Positions 18,604-28,941 of a stretch of 64,000 bases of DNA are shown in pieces; the stretch's first letter is position 1; each line of letters starts with the position of its first letter. Source of the stretch: Fibrobacteria bacterium (GTDB taxonomy: Bacteria > Fibrobacterota > Fibrobacteria > UBA11236 > JADFYW01); assembly GCA_050294405.1 (NCBI GenBank), contig JBNKOC010000001.1, positions 62,201 through 126,200 on the forward strand. The letters run 5' to 3'. The notes below the pieces were generated by a model. The model saw only the letters and a list, made by a program, of their open reading frames with translations, ran no database searches and was not told where the DNA came from. Both the position numbers and the translations under genes were made by a program.

Positions 18604-21129
18604 ATGAAAAAAAATAATTATTACTTATATATCTCAATTTTGTTGTTTGTGCTAGCCAAAATAAACCCTGTGTTTGGATATAAATTTATGGGGGCTAAAT
18701 GGCCAGGCTTGAATCCAGTAGTAAATTATTATTTGAACGAAAGGGGCAGTGAAGATTTGTATGGAGAAGAGTCTTATTTACATCGAAGTTTTGATGTATG
18801 GCAGGAGGTCCCTACCACAGCCATCCAAACCAATTTTTTAGGAATAACCGATGTGGGAAAGCCCGCCGCCGATGGCAAAAATGTCTTAATGTGGTCTGGA
18901 AAAGATTCCTGGAATCTGGACAAAAATGTTATAGCTGTTTGTTATACCTGGAGGCAAGGCGGCGCCCTAAAAGAATTTGATATTGTTTTTAACGAAAAAC
19001 ACTTTCAATGGGGAATTAAAGGCGAGGCCGGAAAAATGGATGTGGGACATATTTCCACACATGAAGCCGGCCACGCTTTGGGATTGGATCACAGCGAAGT
19101 AAGTCGAGCGGTGATGTGGCCCTCTGCCAGGACAGGCGATGTCTACCATAGGGAATTACATGCGGACGATAGCCTGGGAATTTCCGCCCTTTATCCCAGG
19201 ACAATAAAAAACAACCAGGCTCCAATTATAACCAGTACCCCTCCAAAAGAGGCCATTGCCGGATTAAAATACCAATACCATGTAGAAGCTACGGATCCAG
19301 ATGGAGATCCAATTCGATATTCGCTGGCCGCTCATCCGCTTAATATGAGAATTGACAGTCTCAGCGGAAAAATCACCTGGTATCCTAAATTTTTAGATTT
19401 GGGAAACCATGTGGTATCCGTAGTGGCCACTGATTCCATGGGTAAAATGGGCGTTCAAAGCTTCCAAATTGCCGTAAGTAACTTGTTAGTTTATGCGGAT
19501 AGCCCCTCGGTGGATTTTGGAGAGTATGTATATCAGGATATTAGAGTAACCCCCATGGACGAGTACGGCGCCATTGCTGGAAATATTGAATTAGCTTTTA
19601 ACAATACCAAGGTCACTATTTTGGATGTGGATACAACCGGCACCGTACTTAAAGATGTCTCTTTTATCCATAACATAACAACTAACAATGTAAAAGTGGC
19701 ATTTGCCAGCGCCGACCCGATGATGGGAGAAGGAAGGCTCTTTCGCTTAAAGCTAAAGGTTTACAATGAACATTGCGGTGAGAATATCGCACTGCCCATA
19801 ACAAAGGCTGTTTTTAATGATGGAGATCCCACTGCCATTGTATCCAGCGGAACCGTATTTATGCGCTGCAGCGGCGGAAATGGAAATGGGGGGTATAGTC
19901 TGGATGGCAAGATTTTATATCAGGGAAACAATAGGGCCGTTTCTGGGGCAAAAATAACCTTTCAATACAATAATCAGGTTTCGGTATCAGGGGCGGAAGG
20001 CTTTTATTCCCTTCCTAACATACCAGCCATAAAAATTCCAACGGCACTTGAGGCCAAAAAAGATTCCGGGGATTTAAGAGAGGCGATAACCGCATACGAT
20101 GCCTCTATAATTTTACGAAATGTGGTAGGCCTGCATAGCATGAAAGATTTTAGCAATCAAATAAATGCAGCCGATGTTAATAATAACAAAATGGTTACAG
20201 CCTATGATGCGGCACTTATTTTGCGATTCATAGTTGGTGAAAATGATTTGACTAAAATTGGCCATTGGAAAATGGTCCCGGCCTTGCTGAATATTCCGAA
20301 AATAATTTCCTCCATTCACGATATAAACTTTAATGCCTATTTGATTGGGGATGTGAGTGGAAATTGGAATATCAGCCCGGAACTCATGCGAAAGCCCTCG
20401 GTCCTGGATCCTTCCCTACAGCTCTTTGGTGTAGAAATGACCTTGCCTGAGGCAAAAGAATTTAGCCTTGAAGAGGAAAATAAAAATGGATTCCAAACAG
20501 AAATACACTTCAGCAAAATGGAAACACCCATGTATTCCGGTGAATTTGAAATGGAATACAATGCGGAAAAATACAATCTGGCAGATGTTATTCCCGATTC
20601 CAAGCTGAATGGATACATGGTTAAATATAAGGCGGAAAACGGCGTGGTTAAAATTGTTTTTGCCGGAGTGGAACCAGTTTCAGAACCCGGAAAATTATTT
20701 GACCTGCGTTTTGTGGAAAATAAGCCCGGCACCCAAACTGCTGAGGGAGATATTGAGCCCTCCATGTCCTATGCGAAATTTAATGAACATCAACCGGAAA
20801 TAGTGGGCATTAAATTTCAGGAGCAAAAAGCAAGATTTGACCTGTCTCCGGAAATTCAAATAAGATCTTTTTCCGGATTTTCACCTCGGTATTTAATTTC
20901 CTTTAATTTAGGATCCCTGTCCAAAAAGGTTTCACTCACTGTTTATAATATAAAAGGAAAAATTATAAAAACCTGGGGTGCTGAAGAGATTAAAAAAGGA
21001 TTCAATGAAATATATTGGAATCCTGTGGAGGAATCCGAGGAAAAGCTGGCTCCCCAGTTGCTGTTTTTAAGATTGAAAGCAGCTAATAATATGGTAGTAA
21101 AACCACTAATGTATAGAAGCGGGAGTTAG
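18604..21129 (+). CDS. secreted matrixin (M10)-family metalloprotease with Ig-like, cohesin, dockerin and C-terminal sorting-type domains
   Basis: HEAGHALGLDHS plus Met-turn AVMWP; NQAPIITSTPP...ATDPDGD Ig repeat; two cohesin-like segments (VKVAFASADP, VKIVFAGVEP); dockerin ITAYDAS.IL / DVNNNKMVTAYDAALILR; tail VYNIKGKIIKTW. Confidence 0.85.
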   Translation: MKKNNYYLYISILLFVLAKINPVFGYKFMGAKWPGLNPVVNYYLNERGSEDLYGEESYLHRSFDVWQEVPTTAIQTNFLGITDVGKPAADGKNVLMWSGKDSWNLDKNVIAVCYTWRQGGALKEFDIVFNEKHFQWGIKGEAGKMDVGHISTHEAGHALGLDHSEVSRAVMWPSARTGDVYHRELHADDSLGISALYPRTIKNNQAPIITSTPPKEAIAGLKYQYHVEATDPDGDPIRYSLAAHPLNMRIDSLSGKITWYPKFLDLGNHVVSVVATDSMGKMGVQSFQIAVSNLLVYADSPSVDFGEYVYQDIRVTPMDEYGAIAGNIELAFNNTKVTILDVDTTGTVLKDVSFIHNITTNNVKVAFASADPMMGEGRLFRLKLKVYNEHCGENIALPITKAVFNDGDPTAIVSSGTVFMRCSGGNGNGGYSLDGKILYQGNNRAVSGAKITFQYNNQVSVSGAEGFYSLPNIPAIKIPTALEAKKDSGDLREAITAYDASIILRNVVGLHSMKDFSNQINAADVNNNKMVTAYDAALILRFIVGENDLTKIGHWKMVPALLNIPKIISSIHDINFNAYLIGDVSGNWNISPELMRKPSVLDPSLQLFGVEMTLPEAKEFSLEEENKNGFQTEIHFSKMETPMYSGEFEMEYNAEKYNLADVIPDSKLNGYMVKYKAENGVVKIVFAGVEPVSEPGKLFDLRFVENKPGTQTAEGDIEPSMSYAKFNEHQPEIVGIKFQEQKARFDLSPEIQIRSFSGFSPRYLISFNLGSLSKKVSLTVYNIKGKIIKTWGAEEIKKGFNEIYWNPVEESEEKLAPQLLFLRLKAANNMVVKPLMYRSGS

Positions 21130-21168
21130 CGCATAATTAGTAAAAAAAATAAGGACTAAAATGAATTG

Positions 21169-21201
21169 GGCCAGCTAATAACAGCTGGCCTTATTTTTTT
21201 T
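21169..21201 (+). terminator. intrinsic terminator
   Basis: GGCCAGCT-aataac-AGCTGGCC followed by TTATTTTTTTT. Confidence 0.7.
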
Positions 21202-21309
21202 ATAAAAAAGTTGCGCATAAACATATTTGGATATATCTTCTAGCCTTAACTGGCAATTATTTTTTCAACTAACTAAAATCGCGATTGCTCAATTGCGGGA
21301 GAGAAAATT

Positions 21310-22452
21310 ATGAATCTTAAAGTTTGGTTACTTTCTATTTCTAGTTGGATCAGCATAAACACAGCCCAAATGCATGGGGATATGGGGGGAATGGGGGATC
21401 ACCATCACAGCTGCCCGGATGACAAAGAAAAAAGCAGAATTTTAAGTGTGGCTGATTTTAATGGCAATAGTATTGTGAACGAGGAGGACCTCTACCTAAT
21501 TAGAAGTTCAATTTATGAGAATAAGTACCATGCTATTATGGACCTTAATGCCGATGAAGAACTCAATTGGGATGACTATGATATTGCTAAATCTGAATTG
21601 GGCTTGCGCAGCAATGCTTTCGACAGACAAATAATCAAGGTTTATAAGGCCACAAAAAAGTATTCCAAACTTGAAAACGCAATTAAAGACGGTTACCGTC
21701 CTTTTACACAGGAGCTCAAGGGACATGGAATGCATTACAACAGGCTACCTGTAAAATTTGAAACAGACGATGGAGGCCAGATAATTACTTCTGGAGCGCC
21801 ATTTTACATGGGTGTTATGAAAGAAGCTTGGGATAATATTAGCGATGAATTGGTGGAGGTCCGGCTGCCCGAAGGTTTGAATTACGATGAAAACGGAAAT
21901 TTAGTTGCTGTATTTTATTATAAGGGAATTGATGTGGCCGATTGGGTTCGCAGCAATAGAAAACTTTTTTTATGTCAATCAGGGGCTATTACCGATTTAA
22001 CTGCATGTTCCTATGTCCAACAATCCGTGCAACAAATGACACTGCAAGCTTTCGGATCTGTGGGGTTAATGTTGGATCCCGCTACACATACCCCCATGGA
22101 TATGGGGCCTCCTCATTTGGATTATTTTAGCGATGGCGATGGCTCCGAAATGTGGCACCAACATTTGGGAGCTTGTTGGGATAATTTTTTATATGAGGCC
22201 ATGCAGGTTAATCCGGAGCACACACCCATTTTTGATCAAATGCTCACGCCTTCGGAATGTTCCGCTCAACTGACTACCCCATACAGGGGCTACATTCCAG
22301 CTTTTAATATGCTCCATCTATGGATATTTAAGCTAAATCGTTGCGGGTTATTTGCAGGCACAGACGAAGATGTGAGCCCCTTGGCTGAGCCCGAACCTGT
22401 AGCCTATGACAAAACCCGACTTGAGTTCTTTGTGGACTTTCTAGGGGATTAG
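21310..22452 (+). CDS. secreted protein with a Met/His-rich N-terminus, a dockerin/EF-hand pair and a His-motif domain of unknown function
   Basis: Signal peptide; MHGDMGGMGDHHH; DFNGNSIVNEEDL and DLNADEELNWDD; GMHY, PEGLNY...LVAVFY, WHQH, MLHLWIF..N..GLFA. Confidence 0.65.
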   Translation: MNLKVWLLSISSWISINTAQMHGDMGGMGDHHHSCPDDKEKSRILSVADFNGNSIVNEEDLYLIRSSIYENKYHAIMDLNADEELNWDDYDIAKSELGLRSNAFDRQIIKVYKATKKYSKLENAIKDGYRPFTQELKGHGMHYNRLPVKFETDDGGQIITSGAPFYMGVMKEAWDNISDELVEVRLPEGLNYDENGNLVAVFYYKGIDVADWVRSNRKLFLCQSGAITDLTACSYVQQSVQQMTLQAFGSVGLMLDPATHTPMDMGPPHLDYFSDGDGSEMWHQHLGACWDNFLYEAMQVNPEHTPIFDQMLTPSECSAQLTTPYRGYIPAFNMLHLWIFKLNRCGLFAGTDEDVSPLAEPEPVAYDKTRLEFFVDFLGD

Positions 22453-22619
22453 CAAGCAGGCCTCAATTTGGAGCGGAATAGAATATCTTATTCCGCTACC
22501 GATTACATTCAAATTGCTCAATTCGTACCTAATCCACCCATTTTGGGGTTCCGTTTAATTTGCATAAATCCAATTGGGGAGTATCTTTATAAAGTTTTGA
22601 AATAGTATAGAAAAGGATA

Positions 22620-25286
22620 TTGAGGCAATTGAACAGTAAACTTTCCAGCCCCCTAGCTGAGGCCATTGAAAAAATTCTCCCCTTGGTAGAAAAACCAGGC
22701 CGTTACATTGGGGGAGAGCCCAATCAGATTGTTAAAAAACCGGAAGGAATCCGCGGGGATATGGCACTCTGTTTTCCCGATTCCTATGAAATAGGCATGA
22801 GCAATAACGGCCTTAGGATTTTATACCATGTTATTAACCGGCATCCGCAATTTGCGGCTGAAAGGGTATATGCTCCTTTTCCTGATATGGCCAAACTCAT
22901 GACGGGTAATAATATACCCCTGTATAGTTTGGAAAGTTATAAACCCATAAGAGAATTTACCGCAGTGGGGATCACCCTTCAAACTGAGCTTAATTTTACT
23001 AATGTACCCTATGTTCTTGAGCTGGCTAATATTGCCGCCTTTAGTCTGGACAGGCAGGAAGAAGATCCTTTTATTATTGGCGGCGGACCCTGCATGGCTA
23101 ACCCCGAACCTGTAGCAGAATTTTTTGATATTCTGGTTATCGGTGATGGAGAAAAACTGAGCTTAAGAGTTTTAGAGCATTTAACCAAAGGCCGGGAACA
23201 AGGCCATACCCGATTGCAAATTCTGGAAGATATTTCTTCTTGGGATGGTATATATGTGCCCAGGCTTCACCCCTTCCAAAAAAACGAATATGGGGAATGG
23301 GTCCCTGCTAAAGATTATTCTAAGGGTTCCTATGCCAGAAGCCAGGGAGTCAAACGCAGTTGGGTTGAAAATTTAGATGCCAGGGATTATCCTACAAAGA
23401 ACCCCATTCCAAATACAGATTTGGTGCATGATAGATTCGCTGTGGAAGTGATGCGCGGTTGTACTCACGGTTGCCGTTTTTGCCAGGCAGGCTATTGGTA
23501 CCGGCCCAACCGGGAACTGCCACCAAAAGAAGTGGTGGAAACCGCCCGTGAAGGTCTTCGTCAAACGGGAGACAGGCAACTGGGATTACTGTCTCTTTCT
23601 TCAGCAGATTACGGGCAGATAGAAAATGTGGCAGATTACATGTTGGCCGACAAAGATTTTGAAAATGTAAACCTGTCTTTGCCTTCCTTAAGGGCCAATG
23701 CTTTTGGCCAGGGTTTGGCAAGCAAAATCCGGCAGATGCGGGGAGGCCGTAGCGCTACCTTTGCTCCTGAAACCGGCAGCGAGCGTTTAAGGAAAATAAT
23801 TAACAAAACCATTTCCGATGCGGATATGTTTGAAGCCGCCGAGGGAGTTTTTAAGAACGGTTTTACCAATATTAAGCTCTATACCATGGTTGGCCTGCCC
23901 ACAGAAAACCTGGAAGACATGAAAGCTTTTTGCAATCTAATTGAAGGTTTAAAGCAAATTGCTATGCGCCACAAGCGCAGCAATTCTATCCATGCCAATA
24001 TGGGGATATTTATTCCCAAAGCTTTTACCCCCATGCAGTGGTGTGGGTTTATGGCAAAAGACGAAGTTTGGGAGCACATACAATATGTACGCAATCGTTT
24101 TCGGGGAGATAAAAACGTAAGACTTACCTGGGCTGATTGGGGGCTTTCTGCAGTGGAGAGTTTTTATTCCCGAGGGGACCGAAGCCTCTCTCAGGAAATC
24201 TATAAAGCATATAAAGCGGGTTGTGTATTCGAGTCATTTTCTGAACATTTTAATTTTGGTTATTGGCAAAGACGCTGGGAAGATCTTCCCCTAACTCGCA
24301 AGAGGATTTTTGAAGGCAGAGATATCAAAGAAATTTTACCCTGGGACTTTATTCATGCAGGAGTGGCTAAAAACTATTTAATCCAGGAGTACAAAGACGC
24401 CTTTAAAGAGGATTTAAAACCTATTTATGACTGCAAATGGGGTGATTGCCACCACTGCGGCATACCGGGGAATTACCAGGATATTAAACTTGCTGAAAAT
24501 AATTTGGAGGCAACTTCTCTAAAAGAGGATGCTATTTTGCCCGAAACAAATAGCCAAAGTTTGAATACGGACAATAAGGCGGATTTAGCAAAATACGGAC
24601 GCAAAACAGAATCCAAGGCAAATCCAAATGAGGAGCTCACTTTTAGCTATATGTTGGAATACAGTAAAACCGGTATGGCTAGATTTTTACCCCATCAGGC
24701 TGTTGTGAGCCATTTTGAAAAGGCCTTTAGACGCTTGGGAATCGCTTTTGCGTATTCTAAAGGTTTTAACCCCCGGCCCAAAATAGCCAATAGCGGTGCT
24801 CTTCCTCTTGGTTTGGAAAGCCATTGTGAGTTGTTGATTTTGGAGTTTCCCAATAAATTAAATGATTTAGAAAATAATTTAACTAAAACTCTTAATCCTA
24901 TGTTACCAAATGGTTTAGAGATTAGAAAGTTGGTTGAATATAAAAGCAAAAAGTTTCCGCGCATAGAAAAAGTGGAATACAGTTGCCCGGGCACAAAAGA
25001 GCAAATCGAAAAGGCTTTGCACAAAATAAATTCCGGCGATTTTCCCAGATTAACCAATGCCCGTGGGGTGGAAGTGGCCTTTGAAGAACATATTGTGGAT
25101 TTACAAGAAAGGGAAAATACTCTTTTCCTCAGTTTGAGAACCAATCACAGCGGTTCCACGTTAAGCCCCTATTTTATTTTTTCGGGCCTTATGGAAATTG
25201 AAGAAACTGAGCTTCGTGCAGCTCGGGTTTGCAAGGAAAGAAACTATATTGAGGAAAAAAATATGGTAACTGCCCATGCTCGATAA
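22620..25286 (+). CDS. TIGR03960-type B12-binding-like radical SAM protein fused to a TIGR03936/DUF2344-type domain
   Basis: VEKPGRYIGGE, FPDSYEIGMSN, EVMRGCTHGCRFCQAG, TFAPETGSERLR, LPWDFI, CxxxxCxxCG; C-terminal YSKTG..RFL.H...YSKGFNPRPK...ALPLG.ES. Confidence 0.88.
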   Translation: MRQLNSKLSSPLAEAIEKILPLVEKPGRYIGGEPNQIVKKPEGIRGDMALCFPDSYEIGMSNNGLRILYHVINRHPQFAAERVYAPFPDMAKLMTGNNIPLYSLESYKPIREFTAVGITLQTELNFTNVPYVLELANIAAFSLDRQEEDPFIIGGGPCMANPEPVAEFFDILVIGDGEKLSLRVLEHLTKGREQGHTRLQILEDISSWDGIYVPRLHPFQKNEYGEWVPAKDYSKGSYARSQGVKRSWVENLDARDYPTKNPIPNTDLVHDRFAVEVMRGCTHGCRFCQAGYWYRPNRELPPKEVVETAREGLRQTGDRQLGLLSLSSADYGQIENVADYMLADKDFENVNLSLPSLRANAFGQGLASKIRQMRGGRSATFAPETGSERLRKIINKTISDADMFEAAEGVFKNGFTNIKLYTMVGLPTENLEDMKAFCNLIEGLKQIAMRHKRSNSIHANMGIFIPKAFTPMQWCGFMAKDEVWEHIQYVRNRFRGDKNVRLTWADWGLSAVESFYSRGDRSLSQEIYKAYKAGCVFESFSEHFNFGYWQRRWEDLPLTRKRIFEGRDIKEILPWDFIHAGVAKNYLIQEYKDAFKEDLKPIYDCKWGDCHHCGIPGNYQDIKLAENNLEATSLKEDAILPETNSQSLNTDNKADLAKYGRKTESKANPNEELTFSYMLEYSKTGMARFLPHQAVVSHFEKAFRRLGIAFAYSKGFNPRPKIANSGALPLGLESHCELLILEFPNKLNDLENNLTKTLNPMLPNGLEIRKLVEYKSKKFPRIEKVEYSCPGTKEQIEKALHKINSGDFPRLTNARGVEVAFEEHIVDLQERENTLFLSLRTNHSGSTLSPYFIFSGLMEIEETELRAARVCKERNYIEEKNMVTAHAR

Positions 25287-25590
25287 GAATCAATTCAATC
25301 AAATTTCTCTGGAAGAAAGTATCAAACGCATTGACAGCCTGCTTCAATCCAATCCTCCTAAAGATGAGGAAAAGCTTGGCTTTAGCCTTGGGTTACGCCT
25401 GGCTTTGGAAATGGCTTTGGAAATTAAAAATCAAATTCCTCTTGGCCAAAAATCTGGCTTAATTATTTCTGAATGGGTGAAGCTTTACGGCGAAACTATG
25501 GCCCAAAATTCTGTGGAGGTGGCCCGGGAGTTTTTAACTAAACCGGATAAAATGCGGGAAGGCCTGGAAAAACGCTTGTTTCCTAACTAA
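25276..25590 (+). CDS. hypothetical protein
   Basis: 104-aa ORF overlapping the upstream stop and abutting the downstream gene; no recognisable motif. Confidence 0.6.
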   Translation: MLDKNQFNQISLEESIKRIDSLLQSNPPKDEEKLGFSLGLRLALEMALEIKNQIPLGQKSGLIISEWVKLYGETMAQNSVEVAREFLTKPDKMREGLEKRLFPN

Positions 25591-25591
25591 T

Positions 25592-26494
25592 TTGGACGCA
25601 CAGTCCATGAAAAAGTTATTCGGCACCATTGATATTGGAACTCATTCCGCCATCCTTTCGCTGGTGTCATTAGAAAATAACAAGCTCAATTGTCATCTGG
25701 AAAAGTTCTCTGCTCCCAATCTTGGAGAGGGTTTAGCCGAGAGTGGTCGCATCTCAGAATCTGCAATCAAAAGGTTGCATATTTCCATCCGGGAATTTTT
25801 AATGGTGTCCGCCCGTATGGGAGCAAAAATATTGAAAATAGGGGGGACTCATCCTTTCAGGATGGCAGAAAATGGGCCCCAAGTTTTGGAAGAAACTGCC
25901 AAATACCTGCATGCACCCTTTGAAATTTTAACCACCGAGCGGGAAAGTGCTCTGGTGCGCACAGCCCTTTTACATCAGATGGACGATGCCAATATTTGCA
26001 TCCTTGATATTGGTGGGGGCAGTTCTGAAATTTCGACACCCAAAAAAAGCGCTTCCATTCCCATTGGAGCGGTTAATCTTTTTGAAAAAAATGGGGCCCA
26101 TCCCGATCAGGGCAATCGCCAGCAAAGTTTTAAAATGACTAAAAAATTTCCCTTAAAATTTGCCCCCGATAAATTGGCGGTTATTGGTGGAACCGCAACC
26201 ACACTGGCCATGTTAATGAATGCCGATGCGGAATTCCTCCCCGCAAAAATCGATGGCAAAAAAGTGGAACTGGAAACGGTGAGCCAATGGATTGAAAAAC
26301 TGGCGGACTTAAAGCCCGAATACCGCCGCCAGGTTCCCGGACTTCCCGACGACCGGGTGGATTACATTATCCCAGGTTTGTGCATTCTCGAAGCCAGCCT
26401 CAAGCGTTATAATTTAACGGAATTTACCATTAGCACCTGGGGACTCCGGCAGGGCCTTGCCCTGGAAGAACTCAAAATAGCCGCAGCAATATAA
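25592..26494 (+). CDS. ppx: Ppx/GppA-family phosphatase (short form)
   Basis: TIDIGTHS, LGEGLAESG, ERE, LDIGGGSSE, IGGTATT, R.DYIIPG, GLRQG. Confidence 0.85.
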   Translation: MDAQSMKKLFGTIDIGTHSAILSLVSLENNKLNCHLEKFSAPNLGEGLAESGRISESAIKRLHISIREFLMVSARMGAKILKIGGTHPFRMAENGPQVLEETAKYLHAPFEILTTERESALVRTALLHQMDDANICILDIGGGSSEISTPKKSASIPIGAVNLFEKNGAHPDQGNRQQSFKMTKKFPLKFAPDKLAVIGGTATTLAMLMNADAEFLPAKIDGKKVELETVSQWIEKLADLKPEYRRQVPGLPDDRVDYIIPGLCILEASLKRYNLTEFTISTWGLRQGLALEELKIAAAI

Positions 26495-26522
26495 GCCCAT
26501 TTCACTTCAAAGGATTTTAATC

Positions 26523-28187
26523 ATGTATGCCATTCGCGATGCGTATGCATCGGGTCTTTTTGCCAAAAAACACTGGGTCCCTAATATTGTTTCAGGAATA
26601 ATAGTAGGCATTGTGGCCTTGCCCTTAGCCATGGCTTTTGCCATAGCATCGGGGGTAAAGCCGGAGCAGGGCATTTACACCGCTATCTTTGCCGGGGTTA
26701 TTGTATCGCTATTCGGGGGAAGCCGTTTTCAAATTGCAGGTCCCACAGGGGCCTTTGTGGTTTTGCTTTCGGGCATTTCTTCCAAATACGGGGTGGAAGG
26801 ATTGCAAACGGCGAGCTTTATGGCTGGAGTAATGCTTCTAATTTTCGGCTTGGTCAAGATGGGGAGGATTATCAAATTCATTCCCGCTCCCGTGGTGGTT
26901 GGTTTTACTGCGGGAATTGCCGTGATTATTTGGGTGGGGCAGTGGAAATATTTTTTTGGTCTTAATGCAGCCAAAGCCCATACCTTTCACGAAAGTTTTT
27001 GGAATTTAATAATGGCCTTCCCGGGGTTACACCTTCCCACTACTCTTCTGGCTTGTTTATCCCTCGCCATCGTTATTTTCACGCCTAAAATTCCAAAGCT
27101 GTGTAAAATACCTTCTCCGGTACTGGCTCTGCTTGCTGTCTCCGCTTTGCAATCCATTTTCCAATTTGAAGGGGTTGCTACTATCGGAACTGCATTTGGC
27201 GGAATTCCAAGGGGGATGCCGAACTTCCATGTTCCGGATTTTACACCGAGGCGTTTAATCGAACTAATGGGACCGGCTTTTACCATCGCCATGTTGGGAA
27301 GCATCGAGTCTCTTTTGTCCGCGGTGGTTGCTGATAATATGACCAAGACACGCCACAATTCTAATCAGGAGTTGGTGGGGCAGGGGCTCGCCAACATACT
27401 GATTCCTTTTTTTGGCGGCTTTGCCGCTACTGGAGCCATTGCCCGCACAGCCACCAACATTCGCAATGGAGCCACGGGGCCGCTTTCAGGAGTGGTGCAT
27501 AGCCTTTGTTTAATATTGATTCTAATTTTTTTGGCGCCTCTGGCCGTGAATATTCCCCTTTGTGTTCTCGCGGCTATCCTGTTCATGGTTGCTTGGAACA
27601 TGTCTGAGCGTAAGCAATTTATAAAAATGCTAAAAAGAGCCCCTAGGGCCGACGTAGGAATTTTGCTGGTGACTTTTGGACTCACAATTTTTACTGATTT
27701 GGTGGTGTCCGTTAACATCGGGGTTATTATCGCCACCTTGCATTTTTTAAATCGCATGGCCTCTAGTGTGGAGCTCCGCCACTTTAAAAACGAAGAACTC
27801 AACCGAGAGTACCCTGAATTTATTCATTGCCCCATTCCTCCGGGAGTGCAAATTTTTGCGGCGGAAGGTCCTATTTTTTTTGGAGCCGTGGAAAATTTTG
27901 AAAAGGCTATTTCGGAATTGAGAGAATCTCCTTCTCTCATTATCTTTCGTTTGAGATGGGTTCCATTTATGGATATAACCGGCCTGCAAGCGCTGGAAGA
28001 ATTTATATTGGACTTAAAAAGAAAGAACATCGGATTTGTTTTATCGGGAGCAAATGGAAGGGTTTATCAAAAGTTGAAAAATGCCGGAATTATCAAATTG
28101 ATTGGTCGGAAAAATTACTTTAGCGAATTTTCCAATGCTTACCTCAAAGTTACAAAACAACTGCAAGCCGTCGAACCCCAGGTATAA
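26523..28187 (+). CDS. SulP/SLC26-family anion transporter with C-terminal STAS
   Basis: GIIVGIVALPLAMAFAIASGV, GGSRFQIAGPTGA, ESLLSAVVAD, ATGAIARTATN, GPIFFG, MDITGL. Confidence 0.93.
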   Translation: MYAIRDAYASGLFAKKHWVPNIVSGIIVGIVALPLAMAFAIASGVKPEQGIYTAIFAGVIVSLFGGSRFQIAGPTGAFVVLLSGISSKYGVEGLQTASFMAGVMLLIFGLVKMGRIIKFIPAPVVVGFTAGIAVIIWVGQWKYFFGLNAAKAHTFHESFWNLIMAFPGLHLPTTLLACLSLAIVIFTPKIPKLCKIPSPVLALLAVSALQSIFQFEGVATIGTAFGGIPRGMPNFHVPDFTPRRLIELMGPAFTIAMLGSIESLLSAVVADNMTKTRHNSNQELVGQGLANILIPFFGGFAATGAIARTATNIRNGATGPLSGVVHSLCLILILIFLAPLAVNIPLCVLAAILFMVAWNMSERKQFIKMLKRAPRADVGILLVTFGLTIFTDLVVSVNIGVIIATLHFLNRMASSVELRHFKNEELNREYPEFIHCPIPPGVQIFAAEGPIFFGAVENFEKAISELRESPSLIIFRLRWVPFMDITGLQALEEFILDLKRKNIGFVLSGANGRVYQKLKNAGIIKLIGRKNYFSEFSNAYLKVTKQLQAVEPQV

Positions 28188-28214
28188 ATTTTTATCCTAT
28201 GTTTACATCTTCCC

Positions 28215-28925
28215 ATGAGAATTAATCAGTACCTGGCACGTTGTGGAGTGGGGTCCCGGCGCTCTGTAGAGGCGGATATCCTGGAAGGCCTGGTACAAGT
28301 AAACGGTGAAATAATAACATCCCTTGGATACAAAGTAGGTCCGGGGGATAAAGTGGTATTTAAGGGCAAAGTTTTAAAGCTCCCTCAGGAAAGCACAGTA
28401 GTTGCTTTTCACAAGCCTCCAAAATGTTTGTGTTCCAATTTTGATCCGCAGGGCCGCACTACTATTTACCATTACTTGCCCCCCGAATGGAGAAATTTGC
28501 ACTATGTAGGCAGGTTGGACTATGCCAGCCGCGGGATTTTACTTTTGACAGACGATGGCAACTTGTCGCGAGATCTTACTTTGCCAAAAAACCAGGTGGA
28601 GCGGCTGTATGAGGCAAAATTAAGTCGTTCTTTAAAGCCACATGAAATTGGGCAAATCAAAAATGGGGTGGAAATTTTTCCGGGATTTTTGGCTAAACCC
28701 AAATACCTGCGCCACAAGGACAATTACCTGCAAATATGTCTTACGGAAGGCAAAAATAGAGAAATTAGAAGAATTTTAGAATTTTTTGATGTTGAAGTTA
28801 TGGATTTACTCCGTTTGGAATACGCAGGAGTGCAAGTTCATGGCATAGCCGAAGGAAAAATACGAAAATTAAAGGAGTTGGAAATAAATGAAATGAAATC
28901 GAAAATAAATCCGATATCTAAATAA
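28215..28925 (+). CDS. rluB: RsuA/RluB-family rRNA pseudouridine synthase
   Basis: S4 domain RINQYLARCGVGSRR; HKP; VGRLDYASRGILLLTDDG; EGKNREIRR. Exact paralog uncertain. Confidence 0.85.
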   Translation: MRINQYLARCGVGSRRSVEADILEGLVQVNGEIITSLGYKVGPGDKVVFKGKVLKLPQESTVVAFHKPPKCLCSNFDPQGRTTIYHYLPPEWRNLHYVGRLDYASRGILLLTDDGNLSRDLTLPKNQVERLYEAKLSRSLKPHEIGQIKNGVEIFPGFLAKPKYLRHKDNYLQICLTEGKNREIRRILEFFDVEVMDLLRLEYAGVQVHGIAEGKIRKLKELEINEMKSKINPISK

Positions 28926-28941
28926 ATCGGATGAGGTTTTT

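Noticed and set aside
22453..22619. Cobalamin riboswitch upstream of the B12-binding-like radical SAM gene; hairpin AGCGGAATA/TATTCCGCT at 22472-22497
   Set aside because: No B12-box or conserved core is visible. The hairpin is single-copy and is more simply a 3' stem-loop of the upstream gene.
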